Source: Prorocentrum cordatum
Lineage: Eukaryota
Assembly: GCA_963575745.1 (NCBI GenBank)
Contig: CAUYUJ010000025.1
Span: forward strand, 1-64,000
DNA length: 64,000 bases
Direction: 5' to 3'
Shown piece after piece: positions 14,023 through 25,093 of the stretch. The translations under genes and the position numbers were made by a program. A model generated the notes under the pieces. That model had not been told where the DNA came from. It was given only the letters and a program-made list of their open reading frames with translations, and made no database searches. Numbering within the stretch: the first letter of the stretch is position 1; each line of letters opens with the position of its first letter.

Positions 14023-14472
14023 GAAAGGGCCACACGTAGGAGTGACCCTTCGCCGGAGTGGCCCTCGGTGCTGGCCTACGCGCAGATTCCCTGGATCGTC
14101 GCTGGACCCTCCCGCCGCCCCCTGGCGCGAGAAGCGCGCCATGGGCGGCGGCGAGGGCGCCGCCAGGAGGGCCCATCGCCGGTCCAAGAAATCCCCGCGA
14201 TCCTGGGGCTCCCCGATCGCCGACTGCGATGCGATATGGCAGCGGCCTGCGCGCCTGAGTCTGGCCCCCTTCGCGCCCCCTGCGAAGCCGCGCGGGGCGC
14301 TCCTGCGTGCAGCCGAGGTCGGCGGCGCCCGCGGGCCGCCGCGCCGCTGGGCGGCGGCCGCGGTGGCTGCGGGCTGCCTGCGGCCGGGCGGGTGCAGGCC
14401 GATGGCGCTGCAGGCGCACGTCAGGGAGGAGCTGCGGGCGAGCCTGTCTCGGGGCGGGCGAGAGGGGCCAGT

Positions 14473-14661
14473 CTTATGTCGGGCCTGTCCCCCTACAGGT
14501 GGATTTTCGACGAAAAATCAAAAATGCTCAAAACTGATTTTTTAAAGATAGTCCAAACATAGTCTGGGGATTATTTTTTTAGTATGTTTTGACCTTTTGG
14601 ATTTTTTGTTTAGTATTTTTTCGTCGAAAATCACCCTGTAGGGGGACACGCCCGACATAAG
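14473..14661. mobile_element. MITE-like element with ~45 bp terminal inverted repeats and an AT-rich core
   Basis: CTTATGTCGGGCCTGTCCCCCTACAGGTGGATTTTCGACGAAAAA ... TTTTTCGTCGAAAATCACCCTGTAGGGGGACACGCCCGACATAAG; related ends at ~12700, 62891-63062 and 63311-63474. Confidence 0.7.
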
Positions 14662-15611
14662 GCTAGTCAGATGAGGAGACCCCGAGGTCCTGGCGCCGCA
14701 ATTTGTTTCGAGCCGGGCGTGGTTTCGCCGGGTTCCGGGCCCTGGGAGCCTCACGGATCGATGCGGCTCGAGACATGCCGCAGAAAGATGGGGCCCGGGG
14801 CTCCAGCGGTGATTTTCTGCGATGTTGCAGTTTGGGGGCAACGTCAGATCTCGGGGCAGGGTGTATCGACACCGCGACCCTTCCAGCGTGGCCACGGTCG
14901 AGGTTGCCCTGAAATCCAGAAAAGGTCCGTGGATTGGCGGTACTGGTGCACGGTTTGCTCCTCGGAGCTCAAGTGACGGGGGTCAATGAAAATTTGAGTC
15001 AGTCAGAGTGCTTATCTTGCAGGATCCTGCAGGGCCAGGGGCGCATTGACCCGGGCGTGGGAGCAGGATCCTGCAGGATCCTGCAGGATCCTGCAAGGCC
15101 TGACCGACCCTGGTCTGGATTGACCCGGGTCAGTAGATCCCCGAGCTCCCCCAGTCGAGGGCGGCTTGGCCGACCCCTGGTAGGCCAGCCCCTGCCGTGA
15201 CGAGCCCTCCCCCCCCGCCTCGCTCCGAGTCGTGGGCAGGCGAGTGCGGGCGTAGAGGGGCCTCCTCGATGGCGAGGGGCTCGTCACGGGAGGGATGATC
15301 AGGCCGCAACAGAGTGGGGGGGTGGATCGGGAAGGCAGGGCTCGCTTCGACTCCTCCGATTCGATTCGGTTCGACTTCGAGGGCTTCCGATTCGATTCGG
15401 CTCTGGATTCTGATTGGGGCTCCGATGTCTCATTGGAGGCATACCAGCCTGCCGATGTCCGCCGATTCGACTTTTCCCGACTTGGCTGCCGATTTCCGCC
15501 GATCCGATGAATTTCGATCGCCGACTCGACTGATCGATTCGATTCTGGGCTCTCCTGCAGAGTGGGGGGGGATCGGGGAAGGGAGGGTGGGGGGGGCACG
15601 AAACGCAGTGC

Positions 15612-17036
15612 GTGGAGCCGGTCTCGGCCCCGCCGCCGGGCCCCCTTTCTGGCGCCAGGAGGAGCAGCTGCACATATGCAGCCGGCTCGCTCGCCCGTCC
15701 CCTCTTGCTGCCCCCCCGCTTTCGTCCGCCCCAGCGGTCGGACTCCCTCGACGCGGCCGCGACGCACTTGCTGTGGTTCATGGGCATGGAGGCGGACGGC
15801 GGCGGCAAGGCGTTCCCGGACCTGTTCCGGAGGTACGAGCTGAACCTCACGGGCGGGTCCTGGGCGGCGGGGGACTGCGCCGCGGGCGCCGCTGGCAGCG
15901 CCGGGGCCCTGGAGGCCTGCGTCTGCCGCAAGCTGGAGGGCCTCCGGGCCCTCTGCTCGGTGCCCCGCACGCTGCCTCGCGAGGGGGCGGCGCCGAAGGC
16001 GCAGGGCCGCTACGGCCGCCGGGCCCTGCGGGCCGCGCTGCGGGCGCTGGGGCGGCGGCAGGAGGGCGTCCCCGGCCTCGGGCTGCGGCGGGGCGCCCTG
16101 CCGAGCCCTGCGGGAGGAGGCGCGCCGGGCGGGGCCGAGGCCTTCCTCCTCGCGGGCGCGGCGGGGTCGGGCCGCGGCGAGGCCCTCAGCCCGGCCGTGC
16201 ACGCCACCGCCATGGCCACCGTGGCTCGCTGCGAGCTGGCGCTGGGGTCCCAGGTGGAGTGGTCGGCCGTTGCCCAGTGGTTCGCGGCCGCCGAGCACGC
16301 CGTGGCGCAGGCGTTGCCCCAGCAGGCGCTCACGAGCCACACGCTGGGCATCGTGTGGGAGGCGCTGAGCTTCGCCGCGGCGCAGCTGCCTGACGATCGC
16401 CGCGAGGAGAAGGGGGCCGCCGAAAAGGTCGTGACAACAGTCGGGAAAGCCGTTCGCCAGCAGCTCAAGAGTGCGAAGGAGGACAACATGTGGTCATACT
16501 CTGTGGCGTCGGCCACGGCCGTCCGCTTGAACACCTCGAGGGCGCCCCGGAGACAGCTCGAGTCCCTGGAGAAGCTGGCGAGGGCCCATGCCGAGCGGTA
16601 CCGGGACGAGGTTCTCCCAGGCATCAACGTCAGCGAGCAGTGCACCTGCGGCCCCGTGGTCGGCCTTGCGCCCCTGGCGACGCTGCTGCAGGACTCGAGC
16701 CTCGCGCAGCTGGTGATCGAATTGGTGGACAAGGACATCCGACTCTTCCAGGTGCCGCAGGACTTCGCCTCGGAGGAGGGCGCCCAGCTCGGCGCCCTGG
16801 CCGAGCCCTGGCGCCTGCGCGGCGCCTTCGTGCGCCACCCCGCGCAGCTGCAGAGGGAGGGCCGGCCCCAGAGCTTGCGCGTGGACGACACGGCCACCTG
16901 CCTGGCGGCCGTTTCCGCGGCGCTGGGCATGGTGGAGTCCATGCTCGGCGTCGACGACGCGGACCTGCGGCAGCAGCACCCCGGCCGCCCTGCCGGGCCC
17001 GGGCGGCCAGGGGCGCCCGCGGGGGGCGAGCTCTGA
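15612..17036 (+). CDS. Probable host coding exon (3' part of a gene), hypothetical protein
   Basis: 474-aa open frame with strong GC3 bias and non-repetitive protein-like sequence (e.g. DKDIRLFQ...GAF...LRVDDTATCL). No ATG start; candidate acceptor CAG at 15732-15734. Confidence 0.55.
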   Translation: MEPVSAPPPGPLSGARRSSCTYAAGSLARPLLLPPRFRPPQRSDSLDAAATHLLWFMGMEADGGGKAFPDLFRRYELNLTGGSWAAGDCAAGAAGSAGALEACVCRKLEGLRALCSVPRTLPREGAAPKAQGRYGRRALRAALRALGRRQEGVPGLGLRRGALPSPAGGGAPGGAEAFLLAGAAGSGRGEALSPAVHATAMATVARCELALGSQVEWSAVAQWFAAAEHAVAQALPQQALTSHTLGIVWEALSFAAAQLPDDRREEKGAAEKVVTTVGKAVRQQLKSAKEDNMWSYSVASATAVRLNTSRAPRRQLESLEKLARAHAERYRDEVLPGINVSEQCTCGPVVGLAPLATLLQDSSLAQLVIELVDKDIRLFQVPQDFASEEGAQLGALAEPWRLRGAFVRHPAQLQREGRPQSLRVDDTATCLAAVSAALGMVESMLGVDDADLRQQHPGRPAGPGRPGAPAGGEL

Positions 17037-18999
17037 CGCGTGCGCCTGGCCGCGTGTGGCTGGCCAGCCCGCCGGCAGTCGGCGCCGACGGCGCGGGCCT
17101 GCTCCAATCCGCCCGGGGCCCCGCGGGGCCCGCCCAGGGGGAGAAGAAAACGCCGCGCAGGGCGGGCTCCTGTCAAGCAGTGGCGAGGCGTCCTGGCTTG
17201 CCTGTAGGCTCACCCCAGGAATTCGGGGGCCCCCCAACGGGGTGGTGACCACACCGTGCGGTGAGTCGGTGGGGATTCGGGGTCACCGCACGGTTTTGGG
17301 ACTCGGGTCGTTCTCCGAGGATGTCTCGGGCAACAGGGGCCTCCGGGGTCCCAAGACCGTGCGGTGACGGACCGTGCGGTGAGATCTCTTGGGGTTCCGA
17401 GGTCACCGCAGGCAGGGTCTGTCACCGCACCGTCTCGGGACTCCAAAAGAGCTCCAAGAGCCGCTCGTGGTTTCCATTACACGTTCTCAGAACATGTACG
17501 GCTCGGACCGTCTAGGTATGACCAATAGGAGTTATGTCCTAAGAACACGGGTCTGAAGTACTGGAATAGCCTTGCGTTCTAAGAGCGTTTCGTGGTTGCG
17601 TAGGCCTACAGGAATGTCGGGCCGATCGGTCCTTGGTAGGCTTTGACGCGTATTCGGGCCGCCCGCGGGCTGGCTTGCCGTCCCTGGCTTGCCTCTTCCG
17701 CCGCTGTCGCCACCGCACGGGAGGAGCAGGATCGGCTTCCCAGCCTGGAGCACATCCCTATCCAGATAATTTGTATAACCTGATTGTGATGCCGATCTCG
17801 AGCATTTCCTCAGCGTCTGAGGGCGCATCCCTGAGACTGTCATCGCAGTTGGGCCTATCAATCTTAGGGATAGGGATAGGATCGCGGCTTCTTCCCATCA
17901 TTTTTGACTGCCCTCGGCCCACCCTGCCCCCGTCTTCGCAACTGCTGGCCGCGTATCGAGTAGTCTGCCAGAACATAGGCTCCTTGATGGGTCTGGGGCC
18001 GCGTTCTTGGCCCGAGTTTGCCTGGTGGTGGCGCGAAGGTGGCGCCCTCCGCAGGCATACGAGGCAGGGAAGCCCCCCAGAGGCCCCCGTGCCTTCTCAG
18101 AAGGCCGCCCTTCTCGTCCCACGCCTCCGTGCGCGCCGCCAAGCAGAAGCGGCGAGGCACAGAAAGGGCCTCCGAGCGTCGCCTCCGGCCGCGGGCTCGA
18201 GGGGGGGCTGGCCTTCCCTGGCAGGCTGCCGTCGGAGAGCTCCTCGGGAGTCGGCGCGCTCGAGCCGCCCCCACCGGCCTCGGTGATGCAGGCGCGGTGC
18301 ACGCCGCCGAGGCCGTCGAACTCCCCGTCGAGGCCGTCGCCGCCCGGCGGCGGCCGAGGCCCGCCGAGGCCGTCGATCTCCCCATCGAGCTTCTCGCGGG
18401 CCGGCCTCCACCAGCGGGACGTGGAGCCCGCCCCCGCTCCCCGGGCCTCCGCGCAGGGAGCCGCGGCCTCCGCACCGCCTCCGGTCGGCGAGCGGGGCAC
18501 CGCGGACCGCCGACCGCTCGGGGGTTCACGGGGGCCGCAGCGCCGGGCAGCCGCAGTCGAGCTGCCTGTGGGCTGAAACCGCGCACCCGTCTGCGAGCAG
18601 AAGTCTTGGAGCGTGAATTACCTACCCCGCTTTCGCTTCCAAGCAAAACCAAGCCATACCACGCGCCTCCTCGTCAAGCGACCAGTACAGGCCGTAGTTT
18701 GGCATCGCATGGTATCTCTTGGAAGCGAGGGTGGTCAAAAGCGAGGTAGGTTTGTTTGCCCCCTAAGTTTGGGGGGTCAACAGTTGGAATCATGATTCGT
18801 CGCGGGGGTCCCCACGTGTGCAGCTCAGTTCCTGGCACTGACGCCTGTGAGCGTCTGGGTGAGCGGACCTTGGCGGCTCCCCCCAGGAGTGCCCAAAAAC
18901 AACGCCTGCTACATCAGCATGGTCTTGGGATTCTGAGAGGAGAGGGGTCGGGGGTGCCTAATCAAACTAGCGTTTCGCCTGAGAGGTCCCACGATCTGA

Positions 19000-19800
19000 G
19001 CATGATCTGGCAAGTGTAGCACCTAGTATTCCATGCCTTCTACGTATGGGGCTCTCAGGGAGCCTGGGGGGACAAGAACGAGCAAGCCACCCGAGACCTC
19101 CACACAATGTGGCCTGGCATCGCTCGGACGTGTGCATTTGTTCTCGGCGAGAACTATCAAGGATCATCCTGGACCATCGAGCACAAAAAAACGCACGACA
19201 CCGAAAAATGCACGGGAAATAGACGTCCGAGCGACGGCAAGGTGGGCGCGATCGCACCAGTGCCCCCCTCCCTGGCGGCTCCCCCGTGGGGTGCCCAAGT
19301 GCCACGCCTGCTGTCGCGGTGATCATGGGGCTTCCAAGCCGAGGGGGTGGGGGGCAACCATAAGGCCAACCGCCTGAGACATCCCCGCGACCTGGGCACG
19401 AACGAGCGAGTGTCACGCCCCCTCGCGGCATCCCACTTGGCATGCCCAAGTGCCACGCCGTCGATGTCACGGTGATCACCGGGCTACCAAAAGAAGCGAG
19501 TCTCGGGGGCAACAACGAGCAAACCGCGTGAGACGTCTCCACAAATTCATTTGAGCGAGAACGGGCGAGTGTTACGCCACTCTGCGGCACCCCAGTTGGG
19601 AGGCCCAAGTTCCACGCCTGGGATGTCGGGCTCTCGAAAGAAGGAAGCCTGGGGGGCAACAGAAAGCCAATCGCCTGAGACATCCCGCAATCTTGGCGAG
19701 AATGGGCCAGTGTTACGCCCCTGGCAACCACCCCCACCCCTTTGGGGTGCCCAAGCGCCACGCCTGCTATGTCGCGGTGATCGTAGGGCTCTCAACAGAG
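19000..19800 (+). repeat. Degenerate ~120 bp tandem repeat (GAGACATCCC...GCCCAAGTGCCACGCC...GTCGCGGTGATC), resuming at 22250-22520
   Basis: Recurrent sub-motifs with ~120 bp spacing on both sides of the 19.9-22.2 kb insertion. Confidence 0.75.
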
Positions 19801-20286
19801 AGTTGTCTGGGGGGCAAAACTATCAGGAGGGGAAAAAACACACAGACACAAGTAATCGTCGATTCCCATGAAAATATGGGAACATATGGGGAATGGGGGG
19901 GAAGACAAAAACCCGGAAAATATGGGAAAATCGGAGGTGAGGGGGTGAGATCGAAGTGGAACGGAGAGCTTCCCTACCAGGAAATCGATTTCGGTTTCGT
20001 GTTCGTGCGTGCCGTGCGTGCGGGCGAGGCGAAGCTGCGTGGGCGGGCGAGAGGAAAGTCTCCTGTGGCTGAGGCGCGGCCGGACCAAATGATTCTTCAC
20101 CGGGCGGCCGGTGGCGCGCGGTGTCCCGCCGGTGTCCCGGTGGTGTCCTTTGTGGCTGAGGCGCGGTCGGACCAAATGATTCTCCACCGGGCGGCCGGTG
20201 GCGCGCGGTGTCTCGCCGGTGTCCCGCCGGTGTCCCGTCGGTGTCCCGTCGGTGTCCCGATCATGATGTTGATGATTATGATGGAA

Positions 20287-21401
20287 AGAGCGTGTTCTAC
20301 CGCTGCTGGCGGAAAACCGGGGGGGGTCACTACCGGTTCGAACCCCTCCCCCCCCCCCCCCCCCCCCCCCCTCATCATGAAAAGGGGGGGGGGTCACTAC
20401 CGGTTCGAACCCCCCCCCCCCCCCTCGAAAACCGAGTGGGGGTGCGGACAGTGGTGGGGACGGTGTTGGTGGGGACAGTGGTGAGGGGACAGCGGGACAG
20501 TGGTGGGGACAGTGGGGGGACAGTGGGACAGCGGTGGGGACGGTAGTGGTGGGGACAGTGGTGGGGACAATGGTGGGAACAGGGGGGACAGTGGACAGTG
20601 GTGGGAACGGTGGTGGTGGGGACAGTGGTGTGGGGACAGTGGGAATGAGGTGGAAACACTGGGACAGTGGAGGGTACAATGGTGGTGGGGACACTGGTAA
20701 AGGCGTCGGCGAGGACGGCGGTGGGACAATGGGACAGAGGTACAGTGGGGACAGTGGTGGGGACAGTGGGGACAGTGGTGGGAACAGTGGGACAGCTCAG
20801 TGGGACAGCGGAGGAGTCAGTGGGACAGTGGGGACAGTGGGGATAGGCAGTGGTTGGGTCCGTGGAGACAGTGGGGAGAGTGGAACCGTGGTGGGAACAG
20901 TTGTGGGAACAGTGGGGACAGTGCGACAGTGGTGGGGGCACTGGTGGGGACAATAGGGACGGTGGTGGAACCAGCGGGGGCAGTGGTGGTGAGGACAGTG
21001 GTGCTGGGAACAACAGTGGGGGATGTCATGCGAGCGGTGGTAGGGACCGGGAGTCGTTTGCTGGCGGTGCGTGGGGGGGAGGGGGTCGAACCGGTAGTGA
21101 CCCCCCTCCGGTTTTCGAGGGGGGGGGGGGGGGGTTCCAACCGGTAGTGACCCCCCCCCGGTTTTTCCGGATCCGGAGGGGGGGGGGGGGGAGGGGTTCG
21201 AACCGGTAGTGACCCCCCCGGTTTTCGAGGGGGAGGGGGGGGGGGGGGGAGGGGTTAGGGGAGGGGGGGGGTTTTGCCGGGGGGGGGGGGGGGGTTCCAG
21301 CAGGGGGTGGGGGATTTTCGGAGGGGGGGGGGGGAGACCCCCGGGTTCCGGAGGAAAAGGTTGGCAATTTTCCACAGTAAAGCGGCGGTGGATCACGCTC
21401 T
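20287..21401. mobile_element. Foldback-like element inside a (GAT)n tract
   Basis: TIR AGAGCGTGTTCTACCGCTGC / GCGGCGGTGGATCACGCTCT; inverted subterminal GGTCACTACCGGTTCGAACCC units; central GGGACAGTG minisatellite. Confidence 0.65.
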
Positions 21402-21404
21402 CTC

Positions 21405-21471
21405 TTATGATGATGTTGATGGTGATGATGATGATGATGGTAACGATGATGATGATGATGTTGATGATGGC

Positions 21472-21553
<82 letters not shown>

Positions 21554-21579
21554 TGATGATTGTGGTGGTGATGGTGATG

Positions 21580-21661
<82 letters not shown>

Positions 21662-21917
21662 CGTCGATTGCGAGATCGATTGTGATATCGGTTGTGAGAC
21701 CGAATGTGAGATCGATTGTGAGATCGATAGTGAGATGAATTGTGAGATCGATAGTCAGATCGATTGTGAGATGATGATGGTGATGATGGTGATGATGGTG
21801 ATGATGATGATGGTGGTGATGATGATGATGACGTTGATGATGTTGATGAAGATGGTGTCCCGATGACGAGGATGTTGATGATGATGTTGATGATGGTGAT
21901 GATGATGATGGTGTCCC

Positions 21918-21958
<41 letters not shown>

Positions 21959-21961
21959 CGT

Positions 21962-21998
<37 letters not shown>

Positions 21999-22050
21999 AA
22001 TGATGATGATGATGATGATGATGTCGATGATGATGATGATGGTGTCCCGA
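21405..22050. repeat. (GAT)n microsatellite with interspersed GAGATCGATTGT units
   Basis: Direct reading. Confidence 0.95.
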
Positions 22051-22829
22051 TGTGAGACCGAATGTGAAACCGAATGTGAGACCGAATGTGAGACCGAATG
22101 TGAGATCGATAGCGAGATCGATTGAGTGAGACGTTGGTTCCCCCTCCCCCCTCACCTCCTTATCACCCGCAGGGTGGTCGTATAGGTATTGGGAATATGT
22201 TTATTCGTGTGTATTTATTTGTGTGTTTGTGGGCCCCTTCAAACTAGCAAACCGCCGGAGACATCCCCGCGACCTGGGCACTAACGGGCGAGTGTTACGC
22301 CCCCTCGCGGCACCCCACTGGGCATGCCCCAGTGCCACGCCTGCCATGTCGCGGTGATCAGGCGGCTCTCAGCAGAAGCGAGTCTGGTGGGCAACCGCGA
22401 GCAGACCGCGCGAGACATCCCCACAAATTTGGGCGCGAACGGGCGAGTGCCACGCCCCCTTGCGGCCACCCTCTTTGGGGTGCCCAAGTGCCGCGCCGGC
22501 GTCTGTCGCGGCGATCATGGTTCATAGTGCGAGCGTGAATGGTCATTCTGTGAGTGGTTTATGAGTGAGAGTATTGGTGTGACTTGGCTGAGTATAAATG
22601 GGTATGCGTGCGAGTGAGTCTGAGTCTGGTTGAGCCAGAGTCTTGCGAAATCAGAGTGTGAGCTGAGTGTTCTGACTGTGAGCGAGTCTTGCCAGGTGCA
22701 AATTCTGACCAGGTGGCGCATGGGTGAGTGGTGGTGGGGGCGTGCTGCCTGAAACGACGGGCGTCACATTCCCGCCAGGGCCGCGCGCGCTCACGAACCG
22801 CACCTAACGAGGCGCTCGCCCTTGACATC

Positions 22830-23920
22830 GACCAGTTCCTTCACCCGCCCGGGGAAGCATCGGCTCAAGCTGTCGACGTCTTAGGTTTTGTTAAGGTGGT
22901 CTGCGCAGTCTGACAATGTGCTCACGAGTTGCTTCCTGTCCTTGAGGTATATCCCGCCTTTCAGTGCGTTCTGGTAGTCCTGCGTGACGTGGTCAGTGCT
23001 AGTCTGCAAGAAACCAGGTCCGCCATCCGTGGCAACGACGCGAGGGAGTCGGCCGTCGCGCCCCACCAACTCCTGAATGGTGCCATCGAGGTGGGACACC
23101 ATGGTGGCCATGCCTTCACCGTTCTGCTTGCCACCACCCATTCTCCATGACCTTGAAGTGGACGGAGCCTCTGGCCGCGACGACGAACCACCAGACTCGC
23201 GTGTCGTCGTTGCGGCATTGCTTGGTAGCGCACGGCGATGGCTTCAGGTTGCGCGAAGGCACCCTCGTATGGAAGGAGATCCACCGCTTACCCCTGGTGT
23301 ATGTTGCCTGGTGCTCGTCAAACGACGTCTTCGGCGCCTCGGACAGGACCGAGCTGCATGGGTCCATCCAGATCACGTTTCGGAAGTACCAGGACGCATC
23401 GCGCCCTTGCGTTGGTCGGTATTCCTCCACGCCAGTCTCAACTGTACTTGTTCTGGAGGTAGCGCCGCCTTCATGTAGGTGGGGATGTGGCTCCAAGGCT
23501 GCTCGGCGCCGTCGTCAAAGCACTGAGTCCTGAAAACGTTCTGGATCAGATTCTTGTCGAGCGGCGCGTTCGTCTTTGTTTTCTTCGTGGCGGCAGGGCA
23601 ACTCTCGATGACAGCGGCTCAGAAGGCTCGACACCGTCGAGCTTAAGTGACTCCGCCGCCCGCGAGATAGCCTGCTGCTCCTGGCCAGTCAACATTGGCC
23701 CGCGCTTAGCAGCTTTGTCGTAACTCTTCCCAGGGTGCCAGGACTCGTCCAGGAACTCCGCCTGCAAGGTTCTGATGATCTGTTGGTTTGGGTGGCCACC
23801 GCCACCACGGATTGGGCAATGCCTGTCTGCGTGAGTTTCACCTCCTTCTGATTCGCAAGCTTGCTCAGGGCCCAAATTTTCGTCTGGGCCCACGGGGACA
23901 AGGCGCCCGTCTTCCCTGAG
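22830..23920 (-). pseudogene. Frameshifted IS630/Tc1-mariner-like transposase remnant
   Basis: Minus-strand fragments in order: SPWAQTKIWAL / GGGHP..WHPGK..KRGP (HTH-like N-terminus), then NVIWMD, VWWFVVAARG and VVATDGGPG, resembling the Tc1 motifs VIWSD, MVWG and QDNAP. Confidence 0.5.
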
Positions 23921-24149
23921 ACCCATTAGTCAGGCCCACGCAGCAAGGCCATCTAGGACGGAATGAAACTGCGGGAATGTGCCAATGCAGTGAGAAGCAC
24001 AGCGCTCGGCGATTCGCAAGGTTTGTCCTGTCGCGGCTACAGAGAAGCACAGCGCAGACGCGATCGCAAGTCTGCCGCGCTCACCACGGGGCATCCGTTG
24101 TTGGACGCCCCGCCAGCCATGTCGCAGGCTGCTGGAAAACCCGCGCTCA

Positions 24150-24350
24150 GTGAAATGCACTGCTGGAAACCACGCTGTTGGTGCTGGAGCCCGCGCCGCG
24201 CGCTGCTGGAACCACTGTCTGAACAAATGTTCCTCGTAAGACATGGGTGTTGTAACCCACGCCGTGGCCTGCTGGAACCACCGTCCCTCGTAAGAGTTGG
24301 GCGCTGCAGCCCATCTGTTTTGAGGGCATGAGGCGCCGGAACCAGTTTCC
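24150..24350 (+). repeat. GCGCTGGAACC...CCCTCGTAA repeat family, copy 1
   Basis: Shares motifs, including GGCATGAGGCGC(C/T)GGAACCA, with 45960-46320. Confidence 0.7.
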
Positions 24351-24469
24351 TTTTTCTGACTGGTCCACCACGGGCTGCCCATCACATTAAGGTGTCTTGT
24401 TGTGGTGGGTAGTTCTGCTGCCACTCAACCAGGACAACTAGCTAGAGCAAGTTGTCCCGTTGTGTCTTT

Positions 24470-24890
24470 GCTATGCTACGCTAAGCGATGCTGTGCGGTG
24501 CTGTGCAATCCAATATTATGCAATTTTATGATATGATATGCAATGCTGTGCTATGATATGCTGTGCGATCATGTGCAATAGTGTGCTGCACCATGCCATG
24601 TTATGCTATGCGATGCGACCCGATAATGTGCGATACTATGCCACGGTATGCTATGCGAAGCTATGCTGTTATATGCAATGCCTCGCAATCCTGTACTCTG
24701 TTTTGATATGCTGTGCGATGCTCTGCTATGATGAATCACGCCATGGTACGACATGAAATGCCCTTTTTGTGCTGTGTTGTGCTATTTGATCCCACACGAT
24801 GATATGTTATGCAATGCAATGGTATGCTATGTTATGTTTTGTCATGCTACGCGATGCTAAACGATGCGATGCTACGCGATGGTGCGATAT
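24470..24890. repeat. Degenerate (ATGCT)n pentamer tract
   Basis: 5-bp periodicity. Confidence 0.85.
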
Positions 24891-25020
24891 AGTTCCAGTT
24901 TGTCCCTCCCGCAACCTCCCTATCACCCGAAGTGTGGTCGTGTAGGTAGGCCGCTCCCCGGAAATTCAAACCGCCCTTATCCCCCGTTTCACGCGTTTTT
25001 CTGGCTTGAATTTCGCGCGA

Positions 25021-25037
25021 GTAGCCGTTTGGCTCAA
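25021..25037 (+). other. Dinoflagellate spliced-leader-like relic upstream of the transposase
   Basis: GTAGCCGTTTGGCTCAA versus dinoSL DCCGTAGCCATTTTGGCTCAAG (one substitution, one gap). Confidence 0.6.
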
Positions 25038-25093
25038 AAAGGGCGGCTCAACACACTTGGGGAAAGCAGTGTCAGGGGGATCTACTGCACGGG

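Larger units (their letters stand above)
19931..22188 (+). mobile_element. Non-autonomous dispersed element, copy A (TCGGAGGT...hairpin-GTCGTATAGGTA), expanded by nested repeats
   Basis: 19931-20260 and 22135-22188 match the reverse complement of 54565-55150. Confidence 0.7.

Noticed and set aside
4081..14562. Long ORFs over CCT/GAG, TTTTCGGCG, CCCGCGACCCAC and CA tracts
   Set aside because: Open frames are artefacts of stop-free low-complexity repeats.
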